From positions 67,828,001 to 67,892,000 of the forward strand of contig OX597827.1 in assembly GCA_951406725.2 (NCBI GenBank): 64,000 bases of DNA, in the 5' to 3' direction. The number at the start of each line of letters is the position of its first letter. Position 1 is the first letter of the stretch. The stretch comes from Octopus vulgaris (Eukaryota). Below are positions 56,695 through 64,000 of the stretch, in pieces. Under the pieces are notes generated by a model. It did no database searches and had not been told where the DNA came from. It worked only from the letters and a program-made list of their open reading frames with translations. A program made the position numbers and the translations under genes.

Positions 56695-57185
56695 ATTAAT
56701 AATAAAAGGGTAAAATTAATTAATTAAAACCTTTTATTATTAATTTTAAATTATGATTTACTCCATGATAGAATACTGCAGTTTTCTGCGGTATTGCTCG
56801 TAACATACACGTGGGTACAAGGGATGAATAGTGCATTCACATTCGGCTGTGTAAATTTTGGAAGCGTTGGTTGGATATCTGTTGCACGATGTCGCTCGAT
56901 CGTGGGCATATTTAACCCTGGCACATTCAGATTTTATAATTGGAAATGCTACACTGAAGAGAGAAGTAAGTAATTAAAACACTTTAATCTCGAAACGCGT
57001 CTGTGGCTAATCGGAGTTGTGTTGATTCATTGTTTTTTCTCTTTGCCTACGTAAAAAAATGTGTTACTCTGGTGGAGATTCTTACAGTAGTAAAAAAGGA
57101 ATGTTTAACTCCAATTTCTAAATTCTGTATGTGGTGAAGCAATTAGGTGACCTCTACTTATAATTAAGTTTATAATTATGGAATT

Positions 57186-57188
<3 letters not shown>
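56695..57188 (+). mobile_element. Non-coding hammerhead-bearing element in (TA)n with 5' terminal hairpin
   Basis: attaataataaaagg...ccttttattattaat at the left end; (TA)n on both flanks. Confidence 0.7.
56948..57007 (+). ncRNA. Type I hammerhead ribozyme, fully canonical
   Basis: gctaca-CTGAAGA-gaga(23 nt)tctc-GAAA-cgcg-TC-tgtggc. 6-bp stem I with one G.U pair, G-C closing stem II, palindromic stem III acgcgt, cleavage after C57001 (GUC). Confidence 0.88.
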
Positions 57189-57217
<29 letters not shown>

Positions 57218-57499
57218 CTACATAAAATATTTGTAAACAAACACGTTTAAAATATGACATGTAGCATTAGACAGTTTAAGTAGATTTTCACTAAATGCGG
57301 CTGAAATTGATGGGTGGGCGTTTGGCCTAATCGGATCCGCAAGGAGCCATGTTAGCGTTGATTTGTGGTTTCGATTCTGGCTGGGGTTAGCTCGTCATTT
57401 TTCAGTCAATTGTTTGTGTTTATAAATCCTCACTTCAAATCGGAGAATAAAATATTATCATAATATATTATTATACAGTTGTAAATATATATATAAAGT

Positions 57500-57724
57500 C
57501 ATGCCGACTCATAACGGCCGGTTTCCGTGGCGTATAAATTTTCCACCTGGACGGGATGCCAGTCCGTCACAGGATTACTCATTTTTGCCAGCTGTGTGAA
57601 ATGGTGCAACCTAAAATGAAGTGTTTTAGTCAAAAACACAACGCGTTGCCCGTTTCAGGAATGGAAGCGACAACCTTAGGACCAATGAGTCCAACACCCT
57701 AACCACTAAGCCACGCGCTTCCAC
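57500..57724 (-). mobile_element. SINE family III-related copy with V-domain-like segment
   Basis: Minus: gcgtggcttagtggttagggtg...acacagctggcaaaaatgagtaatcctgtgacggactggcatcccgtccagg. Confidence 0.65.
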
Positions 57725-58391
57725 TCTATGTATGTAAGGATGTATCTATCTATCGATTTATATAAAGTGTTCACGGAATAAGAATGCCTATCATGTCCAC
57801 AGGGGACTCGGGTTTGAGTCTCATGGGCTGTCTTCGACTTTTCCGATCTAATAGTGATATAGTAAAAGAAAGAAGGATATTAAAGAATCCATGCGAAGAC
57901 TTTATAAGCACTCTGTAAGTTATAAGCCCGGCTAACTAAATTTTCCCGCCCAGTGAATGCCACAATAATCCACGTAGGTTGGAAATTGACTATTGTAATT
58001 CCAAAGTTCAAACATTGGATAAATTTAGTATAGACTCAGTATATAATCAAAGAATATAATAGAATGATCTCAAAGTAATGGACCATTTAATACCATATCT
58101 GATATTCCTCGTTTTAAGGTTCCTGTTTCTTTTACTTAAAGAAATCAAGTTTTCTTTATCTTTTTTTTTCTTTTTTTTTTGCTGTATTTGAACGTAGGTA
58201 CATGATTATATATTCTTGACTTAAATCTCGTTTCGCAAGAACCTATATAGAATAAGTCTTTTCTCTTGCTGCTATGTTTTTACGCAAGCACTGGTTACTC
58301 AACGAACACGTTAGACGATTTCTACTATAACCGGACAGGTTACTTTTGTATAATTCTCTGCCCGAAAGGTTCACATTCCCTGTATAGTCAG

Positions 58392-59042
58392 TATTATTAT
58401 CATTCAGTAGTTTTATTTTTATAGCGTGCTTTCACTTCACTACCGAGCGCAGCTCTGTGTGCCTTGGGTATGTGCTGTGATTTGTTGTGATGCTCTGATG
58501 GTTATTGTATGGAAAGTGTTCTGCGTAGGATGTGTGTGTGCAGTGCCTAGTAGTGCAATTTTCTGTATGTTATATATATTTATAAGTCCTGGTGTTTTTA
58601 TTATGTATTTGTTTGAATATTTTTTATCATACCTAATGCGCCTACTATGATAGGAATTGTTTCTGTTTTTAGATTCCACGTTCGAGTTACCGCTATTTCC
58701 AGGTCTTTGTATTTTGAAAGTTTCTCCATTTCTTTTAAAGGCACGTTGTCATCTGCTGGTATTCATACATCAATTAGAAAGCATTTTTTTTCTTCATCAT
58801 CTCTGACAACTATATCTGGTCTGTTGGCCTTAATTTCTCTATCTGTGTGTATTGGCATATGCTAGAGTATAGTTGCTTTCTCGTTTTCTGTGACCTTTTC
58901 TGGTGTGTGCCTATACCATCTTTTTTCTGTTGTTATTCCATAATGTTGGCATAGCTTCCAGTGTATGTAGCTCCCAACTCTGTCGTGTCTGTGAATATAT
59001 TCCTTCTTAGCCAGAAGTGGGCAGCCAGAGATAATATGATTT
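58392..59042 (-). mobile_element. RLE non-LTR retrotransposon family B (R4/Dong-like), 5'-truncated, TAA-type tail
   Basis: HIISGCPLLAKKEYIHRHDRVGSYIHWKLC...KANRPDIVV...CFLIDV...EKLSKYKDLEI...IPIIVGA...IQKIALLGTAH. Ends aataaaactactgaatgataataat. Confidence 0.9.
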
Positions 59043-59091
59043 ATTTTTTCTTGTCCATCTCTTGTTTCATCATGGTCTGCTGCTGTTCTAG

Positions 59092-59123
<32 letters not shown>

Positions 59124-59169
59124 CATTATTATCATTATTACGATTATTATTATTATTATTGTTATTGTT

Positions 59170-59231
<62 letters not shown>

Positions 59232-59259
59232 TATCATTATTATTATTATTGTTATTATT

Positions 59260-59550
59260 ATGGCTTAGTGGTTATGGTGTTGCGCTCACGATCGCTAGAT
59301 TGTGATTTCAGTTCCTAGACTGTGTAGTGCGTTGTATTCTTGAGCAAGACACTCCATCTCACGTTGCTTTGTGAACAAACACTTCGACAGCTGACGCGTG
59401 GTACACAGTGCAGCTTCTCAGAAAACGCTCATGATTTGATGGAGGGCAGTGAGCTAATACGCGGCACATACATTTGGTCACTGTAAATAAATCATTTGTG
59501 CAGGTCGTTCGACAGAGGCTGAACGCTTATACGTCGTCTTCGACGGGAGA
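59260..59550 (+). mobile_element. SINE family III-related copy between (TTA)/(CAT) tracts
   Basis: tggcttagtggtta...ttcttgagcaagacactccatctcacgttgct. Confidence 0.65.
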
Positions 59551-59582
59551 GTCTATTGTTACCATCATCATCATCAACATCA

Positions 59583-59626
<44 letters not shown>

Positions 59627-59633
59627 GTTGTTG

Positions 59634-59694
<61 letters not shown>

Positions 59695-59758
59695 TACTTT
59701 AGTAATAGATAGACAGATAGACAGACAGACAGATAGATAGATAGACAGACAGGCAGAC

Positions 59759-59855
<97 letters not shown>

Positions 59856-59872
59856 TATAGATATATATATAT

Positions 59873-59911
<39 letters not shown>

Positions 59912-60467
59912 TACACACACACAGATATACACACAAACATATGTGTGTGTATGTGTATGTGTGTGTATGTGAACTTAAAACGATGTCTATGTATACATGT
60001 GCAAACACACACACACACACACACACACTCAACTCACACACACAGATGCTTGCACAAGTACGTCAGTGCTTGCATTCATACGCGAATATGAAAGTATGTC
60101 TGGGTACAATTTATGTATGCGTATGTATTTGCGCTCAACAAGTCTTTTCTTTTCTCGTGGCCACCACCGCCTTCCACGGCCACCACCGACGCCGCCTCGC
60201 GCTTCTATCTCCGCCACCGCCACCGCCACCACCACCATCACCGCCGCCGCCGCCGCCACCCTCACCACCCACCCCCGCACCTTTACAATCTTATATCGCG
60301 TTGATATACTTCTCCATATGTCGTTAATTACCGGAAATTTGACCGTAGGCATATTATGGACTTCCGGAATAACAAAAATCTTACGTCGAGCAAAAGGTGG
60401 GTGGGCAACAGACAAGCTTACTCGCGTTTATATCACGCGCATCACAAACACACGCATGTGCATCGAC

Positions 60468-60540
<73 letters not shown>

Positions 60541-60689
60541 TGTGTGTGTATTTGAACATATATATTCATATATATATATATGTATGTATATATGTGTGCG
60601 TGTGTTTATATATGTATATATATATGCAAACATATATACCATACATACACATATATGCATATAGAAATATGCATATATATGTATATATA

Positions 60690-60755
<66 letters not shown>

Positions 60756-60832
60756 TGTATGTATGTATGTATGTGTGTGTGCATACATACCCAATGCTTA
60801 AATAATTACTTATGTATATATAAATATGTACG

Positions 60833-60873
<41 letters not shown>

Positions 60874-61109
60874 GCACATACACATACACACAGACACACA
60901 CACATATGTATTATAAAATACATATACATAATATACATAATACCCTATATATGTATACAACCACAGACATATATATATACATATATACATGAACACCCGT
61001 ACGCACGTACATCGCATCTTATTGCATGACACATGTCCTCAAATAAACGCTGTATCTAACCCTGCCCACCTCTACACTCAAACCAACACACACACAAACA
61101 AACAAACAG

Positions 61110-61154
<45 letters not shown>

Positions 61155-61323
61155 TATATACAGTTTTTTAATATATAAACATATATATATACATATATAT
61201 ATATAGTTTATGTATAAATAGACACACAAGCACACATACACATATAAAATGCAATCACAAACACACACCTCCTTAACATTTACTCCTACTCGTTCCTGCA
61301 CACAAACACATACAGAGGAAAAG

Positions 61324-61360
<37 letters not shown>

Positions 61361-61602
61361 TACATACACACACGCATTTACACACACATTAGTCAAACAA
61401 ACTGCACTTACCCTAAATCAGATTACATCAAATAGACTTCATATACTTACTTCATCTACGTCAAAGTTTCGCACACATACATACGCATATTTAGACACAC
61501 ACATACACTCGTATACACACACACACACACACAGACACTCACACATACACACACACACAGACACTCACACATACACACACACACACATACGCGCACGTAT
61601 AT

Positions 61603-62008
61603 TCTTTTTCTTTTTATTTGATTCAGTCATTTGACTGCGGCCATGCTGGAGTAGAAGCCTTTTAGTCGAGCTAAATCGACCCCGGGATTTACTCTTTGTA
61701 AGCCCAACGCTTATTCTATCGTTCTATTTTGCCGAAGCGCTAAGTGACGTGGACATAAACACACCAGCATCGGTTGTCAAGCAATGCTGGGAGGTAAAAA
61801 ACACACACACAAACATATACACACACACATATATATACATATATACGACGGGCTTCTTTCAGTTTCCGTCTACCAAATCCACTAACGAGTCTTTGGTTTG
61901 TCTTAGGCTATACTAGAAGACACTTGCCCAATGTGCCACGCAGTGGGAATGAACCCGGAACCATGTGCTTGGTAAGCAAGTTACCTACCCCACAGCAACT
62001 CCTGCGCC

Positions 62009-62010
<2 letters not shown>
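61603..62010 (-). mobile_element. SINE family II, full length
   Basis: Head at about 62010 (aggcgcaggagttgctgtggggtag) through the tail. Confidence 0.9.
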
Positions 62011-62040
<30 letters not shown>

Positions 62041-62085
62041 TATGTACAATATTATATATGTGTATGTATGTGTGCACACACATAA

Positions 62086-62130
<45 letters not shown>

Positions 62131-62394
62131 CACTGCTGAAAATCGTGTTTGTTTTACAAAGCACAACAAAATATTGTATATTTTGATGTGCTTTTTTTTT
62201 ATTAATGCTATGTATTTGTGTGAGTGAATGAATGTAGTTAGGTAGGTATGTAGGTAGGTAGGTATTTATGCACGTATTTTAAGGGGGATTACAGTAAAAA
62301 ATTATATATGAATTAATAATAATTGTGGGAATTAAGCCAATGAGGAAAGACTGAAGTTTTTAAGAGCTTGTCTAATCCGGAGAGTTGGGTGCTC

Positions 62395-64000
62395 TCCAGT
62401 TCGATAACAGAAAATTGCTGAGATGGTTGCATCTTGTGAAAATCTCTGACCCCATTTTCAGTGGATCGGTGGAGTTCTTCAATTTAAAATGTGTATGAGT
62501 TATTTCGGCTTTACAAATACTGCATCTACGTGACCCGTTATTGTATGTAGATCGTTCAACGATGTTCCACTTGATGATGTGTGGTGGGGAGGAGTACTTC
62601 TCGCCTTCAGGTTGCAGATGTGACTTGCTAGCATGTAGGTTTTCTTCTTGTCATATGTACCAGAAAAAAGGCTTATCTTTTTTCTGAAGTCACTTTCACA
62701 TAGTCCAATACATTTTTTCTTCTCGGCTTCTTTATTTGATAGAACTGAAGTGATCTCGACATCGTATACAACTGAGTTAATTATACATGCTTGGTCGAGT
62801 GGACAAGTATCCAGGTTCCTGAGTTTAATGTTTGGAGAGGTCGTCTCGTGTGAATTACAGGTAATAATGTTTGTCATGTTGGGACATCAGCTTTAAAGAA
62901 CTTTCACAAAATACCTAACAAAAGATTTTCTTATATCTATGGCTATCCGGGAAATGCGTATCTATCAAGGCTAGGAATTTCCCATCTATGTTTGTCTTAA
63001 CATTCAAAGAGAAAGTGAGGGACGTGCCATATAATCTTTTTTAGGCATCTCTCATTTTACGGTCATAGTGCAAGTTAACTTCTAGTTAAAACTGTTCATG
63101 ACCAGGGCGTTATTATTGTAGGAGAGCTGCCTAATCGAATATTTCCTAAAAGGAGGGGAGATTTTATATCCTATTACTAATATTGGCTATAAGGTTTTTA
63201 AAGTCGTTAGGTGGGTGACAAGACTGTTTGTGTATATATGTAATTTTTTCATTGGGTTTATGGTAAAGCTTGTAAGAGTATTAGTTTTGGTCTTAGCAAG
63301 CATCTAAGAAATAAAGTTTAGTGAGATTTTTGTTTATTGTAATACAGATATCTAATTTGCTAAATGTAGAAATGACATTTTTCCTAAATGTATCGAGGGT
63401 ATGACCATCGCAGCTGTGGGATATGCTTCATACAGTATCATAGTATTCTCCAATACTATGGGGGGGGGAGCTTTAAATATTAAGATATTGATTTAAGCGG
63501 TCCTACTAGATCAAATATGTCAGTACTTTCATACAAATCCATCGATACATCAAATACTTCTCCTCGTTCAGATTCTAGACCCCTGCTGAACTCTTACAAA
63601 AAAGAGAGCTTTTCGTGCATGCATGATAAAGTCAAGATCTGTTTGATCAATGGTGACATTTTTGCTTTGTCCAACAAGTACCTCGATCGAAGTGAAAGAA
63701 TCCACATTGTCGATTGGTCTAAATTTAGCTCTATACTTGTATTTTATATTCCTAAACTTGTCTAAAACAGTATTACTTTTTTACCATTGCTGTACTTTTT
63801 GTAGCTTCTTAATTCTATTATTAATATGATTTAGTAATTTTGGGGCTACTAAACCTATTTCACTTCTAGTGGGGTCTATAAGTCTACAGGTGGGCTCGTG
63901 GCCAAAGTTGTGTTCGTGCTCACTTAAAGTTAAATGGGTTTTTCTTTTAGTTTACGATGTTGAACCGAATAATTTGCCATATTTGTTCCCGAGGCCTAAA
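62395..64000 (-). mobile_element. Degenerate Penelope-like element (RT, Cys-linker, GIY-YIG), continues past window end
   Basis: Minus strand with stops: PTCRLIDPTRSEIG...QQW (RT N-part), FSLNVKTNI.GKFLALIDTHFP (linker), CPLDQACIINSVVYDVEI...CIGLCESDFRK (GIY-YIG), SEIFTRCNH..FLL (C-end). Confidence 0.85.

Noticed and set aside
59997-60992. 331-aa ORF with a Pro/Ala/Thr-rich segment
   Set aside because: Mostly (CA)n/(TG)n/(TA)n translation; the unique part has no recognisable motif or convincing splice context.

Overview
Eukaryotic, AT-rich, extremely microsatellite-dense DNA. The repeat repertoire (tRNA-derived SINE families, Penelope-like elements, RLE LINEs) resembles what I know of Octopus/coleoid cephalopod genomes; this is inference, not a database result. 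I find no credible host protein-coding exon: nearly all ORFs in the track are translations of (TA)n, (TATG)n, (CA)n, (CAT)n, (TAA)n, (GTG)n or (GATA)n. The non-simple sequence is a graveyard of mobile elements: about 40 copies of four or five SINE families, three decayed Penelope-like elements (RT/GIY-YIG), several restriction-like-endonuclease LINE fragments, an RTE fragment, two mariner relics and one complete non-autonomous Helitron. The most notable signal is a set of short (about 270-530 bp), non-coding, apparently unrelated elements sitting in (TA)n/(CA)n tracts. Each carries a type I hammerhead ribozyme with a palindromic stem III (intact cores at about 21.9, 40.1, 44.5 and 57.0 kb, plus degenerate and variant ones) and terminal direct and/or inverted repeats. 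They are retrozyme-like or Penelope pLTR-derived mobile ribozyme units. Element boundaries were read by eye and are approximate unless a TSD, TIR or motif is quoted.
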